A stretch of DNA of 64,000 nucleotides from Amphiscolops sp. MND2022 (Eukaryota): positions 73,346,001-73,410,000 of the forward strand of contig OZ076411.1 in NCBI GenBank assembly GCA_964187785.1, given 5' to 3'. Within the stretch, counting starts at the first letter, position 1, and each line of letters opens with the position of its first letter. This document shows, piece by piece, positions 54,125 through 63,910 of the stretch. The notes under the pieces were generated by a model. It made no database searches, had not been told where the DNA came from, and saw only the letters and a program-made list of their open reading frames with translations. The translations under genes and the position numbers were made by a program.

Positions 54125-56890
54125 TCACTATGAAAAGCAACTTCGTAGCTACATGTTCGAAATCCCCTTGAACGATTATGACGTCCTGTTTTTATGTGAA
54201 ACTTTTGCAACAGCTGGATTCGAAATCGATAATTTTACATGTATACATACCCAAGCACGCAAACTACCAAGAGGCCGACCAATGGGTGGTCTAACAATAG
54301 CTATCAACAAACGATTACGGCAATCCGGGAAAACACTGATGTGCAGTGAACACTCGCTAGCTGTATCATTGTCTGACACCAGCATAAAACTAATAGTCAC
54401 TTATTTTCCCCCCAACACAGTTATGGACATAATTTTTGCTGAAATTGAACAAGTCCTAGACTCCTTCGATGATAGCGATTCGGCAATATACTGTGGTGAC
54501 TTTAACTGCCGGACCGAAAATAACCTCCCAAGAGGAAAGGACCTCATGGATTTCTTCTACAGCAAAAATTTCATATGTCTGAATGATCCTGAAACTCCCA
54601 CATATGTCGCTCACAATGGCCAGAGCACTATAGATTTAATATTTTATCGCCAAAATCAACACAGAAGCCATGCAACAATTGATATTGTGCCGTCCCACAT
54701 CACTAAGCATCATCTAGCAGTCGCATATTTCGACCTGAACCCAGACTACAACTCACCAAAACAACCACGAATCAAGAATGTTAATTTGGAAGCTCTAACA
54801 GAGTACATGAAGCTATTGGAGAAACCACATGACGACAATATTGATGAGTCATATGATGGAATGGTATCAGCTATACAGAAGTCAGCAATATGTCGAAGTG
54901 CCCGTGTGTCAAAACCTTGGTTTGATAAAGAACTTTACAGTCTCAATGAAAATCTCAAACAAATCTATCGCAAACAACCTTTTGACCCAATCAATTATAC
55001 GATGTCCAAAAAAACCTACAAAAAGAAGATCAAATTTAAGAAGAAACAATATTTCCTGAATAAGGAAATGGAAATCATAACTGCAGCTCAGACCAACAGA
55101 AAACAATTTTGGAATATTCTGAAATCAAGAAATAGCATTGAGACACCCACTCAAATTCACCTATCGGATTGGGAATCTCATTTTGAGAAGCTGTACTATA
55201 ACCCTGACCCCAATATTATGAGGATCACCCAAAACACCAACCTGGGTAATCATGATTATTGCTTTTCAAATTGGAACTGCCCCGGACATCTTAATGACGA
55301 CATTTCCGATGTTGAAATTTTACTAGAAATATATCATGCTCCCAACAACAAAGCATGTGGACCCGATGGCATATCCTACGAGACTCTGAAATTGGCTTTT
55401 GGAATTATATTTTCTCATTTGATAGACATTTTCCAAACATGCTTCAGTAATGGCAAGTTACCAATTAGCTGGAAATATTCATATGTGAAACCCCTTTATA
55501 AAGGAAAGGGATCGAAAACAGCTCCTGGAAACTATCGGGGTATCAGCCTGCTGGTGTGCCTCTACAAAATTTTTACTGGAATCATTTATAAAAGATTAGA
55601 GTCATGGGCCGAAAAAATTCTACCCCCTTCACAATACGGATTTCGAAAAGGAAAATCAACTATCGATGCTATCACTCAACTGAAAACCCAAATCGATTAT
55701 AATGTTGGCCTATCTGGCAAGTATTACGCATGTTTCATTGATTTTGAAAAGGCTTTCGACACTGTCGATAGAGATCTCCTAATTGAAAAACTCATTTGTT
55801 TTGGACTCAATGGCCGGATACTTAAAACCATCAAAAGCATATGTGATACGAACTACCAATACATAATTGATGGTGGACATAGATCTCGACAAATTGCACA
55901 ATCGAGAGGTGTAGCTCAAGGAGACAAACTATCCCCTCTCCTTTTTAGTCTATACATTGCAGATATGAATTATTTTTTACAAGATCTTGGGTGTGACATA
56001 ATTTTCTACGCAGACGACATGGTAATAGGTAGCAGTGATCTGTCAGATGTTCAAAAGTGCTTAGACGATTTGGCAATTTATTGCCAAAATAACGGCATCA
56101 GAGTGAATTGTGGAAAAACTCAAGCAATTAAGTTCAGAGGAGGAGGCCAAATCTCCAGATGCGATAAACTATTCATAAAGGGCGAGCAAATTGAGTTTGT
56201 CAACACTTTTGAATATTTGGGAGTGATTCTTTCTACCAAACTTGCCTGCACTCATCATCTGAAACACCTGAAAAATTGTGCATCGAAAGCAAGTGGATCT
56301 CTGGCGCAAAAATTAGATCTGAAGAAAGTCAATTTTCAAAGTGCATCTACTCTCATGGAATCAGTTATTTATCCCTCCGGCAGCTATGGCATGGAAATTT
56401 TCCAAGACTCGCTTGACTATCCCCAACAAGCATCTCAACATATTGATAAAATTTATGGATTATTCTGGAAAAAATGGTGTGGTGCCCCCAAATGGATCAG
56501 CAACAGACGACTATTAACAGAACTGTATGGCCAAGACCCCCTTAATTTACGAGAAGCACCTTTTTGGGCTAGAAGAGTGTACGCTACATTCTATAGTAAC
56601 GGCCTTCACCATAAATTATGCCACAATTCTTGCTACTATCGAAACATTACCTGTAGATGTCTATGTAGACATTGCTCATTTCTGATAGCTGATGAAAATC
56701 ACATCTTTTCATGCAGTTCTTTTATGTTCTTAGCAAACCCTATCGACAAAATAAAATTTGTCTTTTACCAATGTTAAATGTTAAATGAGTTTTTATCCTG
56801 CACGTTTTTCTCTATTTATTTTTGCACGTGCATATTTTTGATAATCTACATTTGTCACACGTTTGATGTTTAATTCAACTCTTCTTCTTC
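54125..56890 (+). mobile_element. Young APE-type non-LTR retrotransposon, probably 5'-truncated; clade not assigned
   Basis: Candidate 7-bp TSD TTCTAAT (54118-54124 and 56891-56897), a short (TTC)n tail at ~56881-56893, and one intact ORF. Confidence 0.85.
54153..56777 (+). CDS. LINE ORF2-like protein, 874 aa: AP endonuclease + reverse transcriptase + Cys/His-rich C-terminus
   Basis: Endonuclease motifs FLCET, YFPP, GDFN, STIDL. RT motifs YRGISLL, QYGFR, FIDFEKAFD, GVAQGDKLSPLLF, FYADD, FEYLG. No stops in the ORF track. Confidence 0.95.
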   Translation: MFEIPLNDYDVLFLCETFATAGFEIDNFTCIHTQARKLPRGRPMGGLTIAINKRLRQSGKTLMCSEHSLAVSLSDTSIKLIVTYFPPNTVMDIIFAEIEQVLDSFDDSDSAIYCGDFNCRTENNLPRGKDLMDFFYSKNFICLNDPETPTYVAHNGQSTIDLIFYRQNQHRSHATIDIVPSHITKHHLAVAYFDLNPDYNSPKQPRIKNVNLEALTEYMKLLEKPHDDNIDESYDGMVSAIQKSAICRSARVSKPWFDKELYSLNENLKQIYRKQPFDPINYTMSKKTYKKKIKFKKKQYFLNKEMEIITAAQTNRKQFWNILKSRNSIETPTQIHLSDWESHFEKLYYNPDPNIMRITQNTNLGNHDYCFSNWNCPGHLNDDISDVEILLEIYHAPNNKACGPDGISYETLKLAFGIIFSHLIDIFQTCFSNGKLPISWKYSYVKPLYKGKGSKTAPGNYRGISLLVCLYKIFTGIIYKRLESWAEKILPPSQYGFRKGKSTIDAITQLKTQIDYNVGLSGKYYACFIDFEKAFDTVDRDLLIEKLICFGLNGRILKTIKSICDTNYQYIIDGGHRSRQIAQSRGVAQGDKLSPLLFSLYIADMNYFLQDLGCDIIFYADDMVIGSSDLSDVQKCLDDLAIYCQNNGIRVNCGKTQAIKFRGGGQISRCDKLFIKGEQIEFVNTFEYLGVILSTKLACTHHLKHLKNCASKASGSLAQKLDLKKVNFQSASTLMESVIYPSGSYGMEIFQDSLDYPQQASQHIDKIYGLFWKKWCGAPKWISNRRLLTELYGQDPLNLREAPFWARRVYATFYSNGLHHKLCHNSCYYRNITCRCLCRHCSFLIADENHIFSCSSFMFLANPIDKIKFVFYQC

Positions 56891-56923
56891 TTCTAATGGC
56901 GAACTGGAGGTGTGGGCACAAAC

Positions 56924-57676
56924 GGGAGACAGGAATAAGATCGAAAGAATAAGATCGAATGGAATAAGATCGAATGAAATTGACATGCTCAAAATTTTCA
57001 CTTGAATAAGATCGAATCCTGACTTGAATAAGATCGAATTTTCACTTGAATAAGATCGAATCCTGACTTGAATAAGATCGAATGTTGGATTGAATAAGAT
57101 CGAATTTTGACTATTTTTTTAAGGATATCGATATGAATTTTCAAAAAATTGAAGGTTTGAGAAAGGGCTCAGTAAATTATGTCTATGAAGGCTATCTCTT
57201 TATCAAAAACAAAGCGGATAAAGAAACTACATATCTACGCTGTTATCAAAACAAACGCTTTATCAAAACAAACAAAAAGGTAAATTCAATCCATATGGAC
57301 TTTCTGAAAGCGAAAATATCAATGTGGGGCATATGCGATGTATGCACGCTCGCCCTCACCGTCGCAAAGACCAGCTCCCACTACGATCGCTTCGCGATCT
57401 CCGTTCCCGCTAGGTCTTTGCTCCTGTTCGACCTCGCTTAGCAAGATGGGAACATAAGCGGCCCCAAGGGGCCGCGGGGCACTAGACGAAATGGGGACAT
57501 ATCCGAGGCACGATATATGTAATATATTTTTTTTCCGTAATTTTTCGATCTTATTCCATTCGATCTTATTCCATTCGATCTTAGGCGATGAACGATTTCA
57601 TTCGATCTTATTCCGTTCGATCTTATTCCATTTTCGTATTTTCGATCTTATTCTTTCGATCTTATTCCGTTCTCCT
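56924..57676 (+). mobile_element. Mutator/Phantom-like element A (753 bp), nested in the left end of X, carrying a FLYWCH-like fragment
   Basis: 9-bp TSD GGCACAAAC (56915-56923, 57677-57685). TIR GGAGACAGGAATAAGATCG / GGAGAACGGAATAAGATCG. AATAAGATCGA arrays at both ends. ORF 57133 begins MNFQKIEGLRKGSVNYVYEGYLFIKNK...YLRC. Confidence 0.9.
57321..57512 (+). repeat. ~190-bp GC-rich module shared by several elements (reverse copies 57898-58090, 58463-58655, 59082-59274; partial copies ~62901-62975 and ~63280-63355)
   Basis: Directly alignable core gcgatctccgttcccgctaggtctttgctcctgttcgacctcgcttagcaagat in all copies. Confidence 0.95.
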
Positions 57677-58238
57677 GGCACAAACTACGATCTAAGGAAT
57701 AAGATCGAAACGCACTTCTGTAACTAAGATCTAAAGAACTAAGATCTAAATGTCATTTTTCGTAACTAAGATCTAGAGAATGCCAGCTCCCGAATCGTAC
57801 CGAAAGTCTAAATTTCAGACGTTATTCCCGTTTTAATTTCCGTTATTCCCATTTTTTAGATGTTACGGTAAAGTATAAAATGCTTTAAAGTATAAAACGT
57901 GCCTCAGATATGTCCCAATTTCCTCTAGTGCCCTGCGGCCCCTTGGGGCCGCTTATGTTCCCATCTTGCTAAGCGAGGTCGAACAGGAGCAAAGACCTAG
58001 CGGGAACGGAGATCGCGAAGCGATCGTAGTGGGAGCTGGTCTTTGCGACGGTGAGGGCGAGCGTGCATACACCGTATATGACCCCACATTATTCCTTAGA
58101 CGTTATTTTAATTCAATTTAGACCTTAGTTACGGTGCATGCTTTTTAGATCTTAGTTCTTTAGATCTTAGTTACGAAATTTCTTTAGATCTTATTCCTTA
58201 GACCTTAGTTGCGGTCCCCACTGGAGGTAGGGGCGGGA

Positions 58239-58784
58239 GTGGGCACAAACTACGATCTAAGGAATAAGATCGAAACGCACTTCTGTAACTAAGATCTAAA
58301 GAACTAAGATCTAAATGTCATTTTTCGTAACTAAGATCTAGAGAATGCCAGCTCCCGAATCGTACCGAAAGTCTAAATTTCAGACGTTATTCCCGTTTTA
58401 ATTTCCGTTATTCCCATTTTTTAGATGTTACGGTAAAGTATAAAATGCTTTAAAGTATAAAACGTGCCTCAGATATGTCCCAATTTCCTCTAGTGCCCTG
58501 CGGCCCCTTGGGGCCGCTTATGTTCCCATCTTGCTAAGCGAGGTCGAACAGGAGCAAAGACCTAGCGGGAACGGAGATCGCGAAGCGATCGTAGTGGGAG
58601 CTGGTCTTTGCGACGGTGAGGGCGAGCGTGCATACACCGTATATGACCCCACATTATTCCTTAGACGTTTTTTTAATTCAATTTAGACCTTAGTTACGGT
58701 GCATGCTTTTTAGATCTTAGTTCTTTAGATCTTAGTTACGAAATTTCTTTAGATCTTATTCCTTAGACCTTAGTTGCGGTCCCC
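58239..58784. mobile_element. Element X' (546 bp), near-identical copy of X
   Basis: 9-bp TSD GGGGCGGGA (58230-58238, 58785-58793). I found only one substitution relative to X. Confidence 0.92.
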
Positions 58785-58793
58785 GGGGCGGGA

Positions 58794-59690
58794 GGGGAAA
58801 CGGAAATCGGACTAAAGAAATAGAACTAATGGAATTAGGACTAACATGCTCAAAATTTCTGAAACGTTCATGTGAAATGGAACTAATTTCGCATTTTCTC
58901 AAACAGGAATTAGAACTAATTTGTTACAGGAATTGGAACTAAAAACAGGAATTAGAACTAATTCGTTACGGGAATTGAAACTAAAAACGTGGGAATAAGA
59001 CCTTAAATGCGAAATGAGACCCAAAGGGAGAACGGAATAGTATCTAAAGGAATAATATATAAAGTTTTACAAAGTATAAAACGTGCCTCTGATATTTCCT
59101 CATTTCCTCTAGTGCCCCGCGGCCCCTTGGGGCCGCTTATGTTCCCATCTTGCTAAGCGAGGTCGAACAGGAGCAAAGACCTAGCGGGAACGGAGATCGC
59201 GAAGCGATCGTAGTGGGAGCTGGTCTTAGCGACGATGAGGGCGAGCGTGCATACACCGAATATGCCCCCACATTAGAAGGGGAAAATACTGAAAATTTTA
59301 TTCTTGAATAAAATGATTTGAAATCTGACTGTTTTATAAAATCAATGGAAGGAGAAAAATAATGATTGTATCAATTTTTTGTTGATCAACTGTATTACGT
59401 TACTTTTGTACTACTTTCATGTTCCACGTTTCCAATTTGCATTTTGTACCATGTTTTTATCCGCTTCTGGTTTTTTTTTGTTGTACTACTTTTATGTCGA
59501 TGTTTACAATTGAACATGTCGTGATTTTGTCAATTTGATCTACGTATTTGCAAATTTTGCGTGCCAAAAGTTTTAGTCCTATTTCAATTAGTACTATTTC
59601 CATTGATTCTAAGGCGGCACTAAAAAGAATTAGTCCTATTTCCATTAGTCCTATTTCAGTTTTGATCATTAGTCCGAATTCCTGTCTCCC
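58794..59690. mobile_element. Mutator-like element B (~897 bp) with AATTAG(G/A)ACTA subterminal repeats
   Basis: Ends GGGGAAACGGAAATCGGACTAA and TTAGTCCGAATTCCTGTCTCCC form an imperfect inverted pair. No TSD identified. Confidence 0.75.
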
Positions 59691-61064
59691 AAAACGGAAG
59701 GGAGGGGGGAATAAGATCTAAGGCATAAGATCTAAAATATTAAGATCTAAAATTGTGACATGCTCAACTTCGAAAACGGGAATAAGATCTAGAAGTTTAG
59801 ATCTTATTCCCTTCAGATCTTATTCTTTCGAGAAAATGCGTTGATTTTAAATCTTATTCCCGTCTGAAATTTTAGATCTTATTCCCTTTAGATCTTATTA
59901 CCTTTTTTGATTTAAGATCTTATTCTTTAGATCTTATTCCCTCTAGAAACGGAAATCGGACTAAAGAAATAGAACTAATGGTATTAAGACTATCATGCTC
60001 AAAATTTCTGAAACGTTCAAGTGAAATAGAACTAATTTCGTATTTTCTCGAACAGGAGTTAGAATTAATTTGTAACGGGAATTGGAACTGAAATTTTTGA
60101 GTAACCTAAGAGAATGCTATCAATTAGCAACAAATTGAAACAAAAATGAAAGATATGGCTGGAAAAACGTTTGCCCCTTGAGACAAATATTTGATGGAAA
60201 TCTGGACGCGTCTACACCAGCAGTGTCGCCTTTCAGTAAGATATCATCGACTCGTTCAAAAAGACGTAGAATTATTCTGCCAAAATTACCTAAGACAATA
60301 AATGAATTTGACGAAGCCGTGAAAACCGACGAAAGGAATGTAAACGATAAAAGCTATCGAGGTTCCGTAACGGCAGGCCAAGAATTTGCTTTAATTTTCT
60401 CCCTAGACACTGAATCTGACGTTATCAAATAAAATACAACATGGTCATATAGATGGCACATTCAAGGTTGTGCCTGAACTGTTCTTTCTGCTCGTTACTT
60501 TCCATGTTGTTATAATGGATACTGTCATTCCATTTTTCTATACATTGATGATCTCGAAAAGTCGGGCCCTCTATGAATTGAAACTGAATCAGAAGAAAAT
60601 TTTTGTTGCGGTTGTGAGGAAAAAGATATTCCCTATTTGTTACGACCATGTGGTCATAAGGTATGCGAAATTGCTTCCTCAACCGTTGCTGCAAATGCTG
60701 TGGAGTATTCATAGCAGACTATGACAATTTCCAATAATTTCAATTGTATTACGTTACTTTTGTACTACTTTCGTGTTCTATGTTTCTAATTTGGATTTTA
60801 TACCATGTTTTTACCCGCTTCTGCGTTGTTTTTTGTTGTACTACTTTTATGTTCCATGTTTACAATTGAACATGTCATGATTTCGTCAATTTGATCTACG
60901 TAATTGCAAATTTTGCGTGCCAAAAGTTGTTTTGGTCCTATTTCAATTAATCCTATTTCCATTAGTTCCAAGGCGGCACTAATAAAGAATTAGTCCTATT
61001 TCCACTAGTCCTATTTCAGTTTTGATCATTAGTCCTATTTCATTAGTCCGAATTCCTGTCTACC
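59691..61064 (+). mobile_element. Mutator-like element D (B family) with MULE transposase and RING-finger remnants
   Basis: Both ends are homologous to B. HIDGTFKVVPELF...IPFFYTLMISKSRALY at ~60446-60575 (MULE first catalytic Asp). CCGCEEKDIPYLLRPCGHKVC at ~60604-60666. Confidence 0.82.
59700..59945. mobile_element. Small foldback/MITE-like element C (246 bp), nested in the left end of D
   Basis: Inverted AATAAGATCTA arrays. TSD AAAACGGAA/GAAACGGAA (59691-59699, 59946-59954; 1 mismatch). Confidence 0.8.
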
Positions 61065-61073
61065 GGTACAAAC

Positions 61074-63146
61074 AAGAGGAGGGAATAAGATCTAAAGTAA
61101 TAAGATCTAAAATTTTGACATGCTAAACTTCTTATTCCCTTTCGATCTCTTTCTTTAGATCTTATTCCCTCCTAAGGTTGGAAGTTAGATCTTATTCCCT
61201 CTTACCTTCATGATTGAAAGTGAGAATTCTCAAAACTTATTGTGATTTTAAATTGAGGGTTATATTGTCTTTTACTTTTAAGTTGAGATGAATAACTATA
61301 AAATTGAGGGCAAACGGAAAAGATCTGCGAACTACGTCAGTGAGGGTTCTATTTTTGTCAAGAATTTGACCATCGAAGACAAAATTTGTCTGCGATGCCA
61401 TAGATGGCGCGATCAATCCAAAGGTACAGCAGAGTTACACACTGGTTTTTGAGTATCGTTAAAAAGTGTTATCTTCCACCAGAGCATAAAGCGGTGAAGC
61501 GCCGTAAAACAGGGTCAGCGATAGAAGACACAGCTGAAGCAACATGTATTTCATTAAGGCTTGTTTTTGGCTCCAACAGCTAATGTCTTTGCTCCTTCTA
61601 CCTGCTGAGAAAATCCCTGAAAGTTTTCAATATTTGTCACCTTTAAAGTCGCAGAATACAGATGAAAACGTTTTCAGATTTTATAATTATATTGAATCGT
61701 GTTGGATGGGGAAGATTCCCCATCAACTCCTTTCTATACATGGCTGTGTCCGAAGAACGAACTCTGAGATTGAATTTTTTCATTGAGGATTGTTGCGAAA
61801 AAATACAAGTTCGCCATACGAATTTCTGGGTCTTTTTACGAAGAATTAAAGTAATTGCTAAAAGCTACATTGAGATGAACGAACTGGCAACTGGTTCTGA
61901 AGCACGAAAGCGCCGCTCAAATTTCTCAAAGACGCATACGCATAAAAGAAGCATAGGAACGCCTCATGGTCGGTCGTTTGATCTTTCCCGAGTTGTTGAA
62001 GCGTGGTAGCAGAGCCAACAAAAAATCGTTTCATAAACTTGAGAATCTTGGTGACGAGGACCAAGATGAGAATGAAGACCCGACTGAATCCGGAGATGAT
62101 AAACTTGAATGCTCCGAGCATGATGAAAAAAATTATGACAAGTGATCCGGATGCGAACAAAATAACATTTCTTTCCTTGTTCAGCCCTGTGGGCATATGC
62201 TATGTTTTTATTGCGAGAAGCTCTCTTGCCATGAAATGTGTGGGCGCGAAACAAATAGAAGTAGTTTTGTCGTTTTCGATGAATCAGATAGTTCGTGAGT
62301 ATTTCACTCTTCCAACAGTTCACAATTTCGCTGGTTCTTTTTTAATTTTCAAATTTCAAATTAAAGTATATCCTGAATCAGGAAAATTTTCCAGATTTTT
62401 TTCCGAATAATTTACTAGGTAATTAGCTGAAGTTATTTAAGTGCTAGAAAACTATGCATTTGCTGGATATTATGATATGGTAACAGCACTTTATGGTAAT
62501 TTGCATTGCCTTGGAAAATCCTATGATTATCACACCTTGAAAATGAAGCTGATTCGAACGCATGAAACGTGAGATTTTTCCGGAAAACTTCGAGGAAACG
62601 CAAACATTTCATCACAAAGGAGGATTCATAATGAAATTCATAACGAGTGTGAAGAAACTTTGCGGATTAAAAACATGATAAACAAAATATTAAAACTTTC
62701 GATTAGACCTGATGGTTCATAATTAACGCTTTCTTCGTCTCACATTTTCTAGTTGCACAATTAACTTATGGCGAATCCACTATATTCAACTATTTGGGCT
62801 GGAAAAAAAATCAAAACTTCATTGTTAACAAGACAAAATTAAGGTCTGAAATAAGGAATAACATACTCCCGATCCCCCCTCATGATCGCATAAAATCAGC
62901 TTTCACTACGATTGCTTTGCGATCTCCGTTGCCGCTAGGTCTTTGCTCCTGTTCGACCTTGCTTAGCAAGATAACGATCGCTTACGATTCGGGAGCAGGC
63001 ATTCTCTAGATCTTAGTTTCGAAAAATGTCATTTAGATCTTAGTTCTTTAGATGTTAGTTACAAAAGTGCGTTTCGATCCATTTCCTTTAGATCTTATTC
63101 GCTTTTTTGATTTTAGATCTTGTTTTTCAGATATTTTTTCCCCTTC
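61074..63146 (+). mobile_element. Mutator/Phantom-like element E (C-type ends) with FLYWCH, DDE C-terminal half and RING remnants
   Basis: TSD GGTACAAAC/GGCACAAAC (61065-61073, 63147-63155; 1 mismatch). MNNYKIEGKRKRSANYVSEG...LRC at ~61289. FYNYIESCW...RRTNSEIEFFH in ORF 61544-61786. SGCEQNNISFLVQPCGHMLCFYC at ~62146-62214. The right end is homologous to the right end of C. Confidence 0.8.
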
Positions 63147-63887
63147 GGCACAAACTGCGATCTAAGGAAATAGATCGAAACGCACTTTTGTAACTAGCAT
63201 CTAAAAAACTAAGATCTAAATGACATTTTTCGTAACTAAGATCTAGAGAATGCCAGCTCCCGAATCGTAAGCGATCGTTATCTTGCTAAGCGAGGTCGAA
63301 CAGGAGCAAAGACCTAGCGGCAACGGAGATCGCGAAGCCATCGTCGTGAAAGCTGATTTTATGCGATCATGAGGGGGGATCGGGAGTATGTTATTCCTTA
63401 TTTTAGGCGTTAATTCTGTCTTGTTAACAATGAAGTTTTGATTTTTTTCCAGCCCAAATAGTTGAATATCGAGTGTATTCGCCATAAGTTAATTGTGCAA
63501 CTAGAAAATGTGAGAGGAAGAAAGCGTTAGTTATGAACCATCAGGTCTCATCGAAAGTTTCAATATTTTGTTTATCATGTTTTTTAATCCGCAAAGTTTC
63601 TTCACACTCGTTATGAATTTCATTATGAATCCTCTTTTGTGATGAAATGTTTTATTTTCTCGAAGTTTCTCAGAAAAATCTCACGTTTCATGCGTTCGAA
63701 TCAGCTTCACTTTCAAGGTGTGATAATCATATGATTTTCCAAGGCAATGCTAATTACCATAAAGTGCTGTTACCATATCATAATTTCTAACAAATGCATA
63801 GTTTTCTAGCACTTAAATAACTTCAGCTAATTACTTAGTAAATTATTCGGAATAAATTCTATAAAACTTCCCTGATTCAGGATATAC
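62366..63887. repeat. ~1.5-kb imperfect palindrome (arms 62366-63094 and 63159-63887, 64-bp spacer)
   Basis: gtatatcctgaatcagg (62366) is the reverse complement of cctgattcaggatatac (63871-63887). ORFs 62794(+) and 63243-63485(-) encode near-identical peptides. Arms ~90-95% identical in the part I checked. Confidence 0.93.
63147..63887. mobile_element. Element G (X-family left end); right end not seen in the window
   Basis: GGCACAAACTGCGATCTAAGG...GAGAATGCCAGCTCCCGAATCGTA matches the first ~130 bp of X, then joins part of the shared module and unique sequence. Confidence 0.7.
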
Positions 63888-63910
63888 GTTTCTGATACGA
63901 GTTTTAATCA

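Larger units (their letters stand above)
56912..58219. mobile_element. Non-autonomous Mutator-like element X (546 bp once insert A is removed)
   Basis: 9-bp TSD ACTGGAGGT (56903-56911, 58220-58228). Ends GTGGGCACAAAC...GCGGTCCCC. Imperfect TIRs built from AACTAAGATCTA repeats. Confidence 0.9.

Noticed and set aside
56930-57110. Regularly spaced AATAAGATCGA repeats resembling a CRISPR array
   Set aside because: The intervening sequences are only a few bp and themselves repeat, the array is mirrored at the other end of a TSD-flanked element, and no cas genes are present. These are TIR subrepeats.
57321-57512. Shared module as a tRNA-derived SINE or a known ribozyme
   Set aside because: Only a weak B-box-like GTTCGA is present. 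There is no A box, cloverleaf, tail or own TSD, and no hammerhead core.
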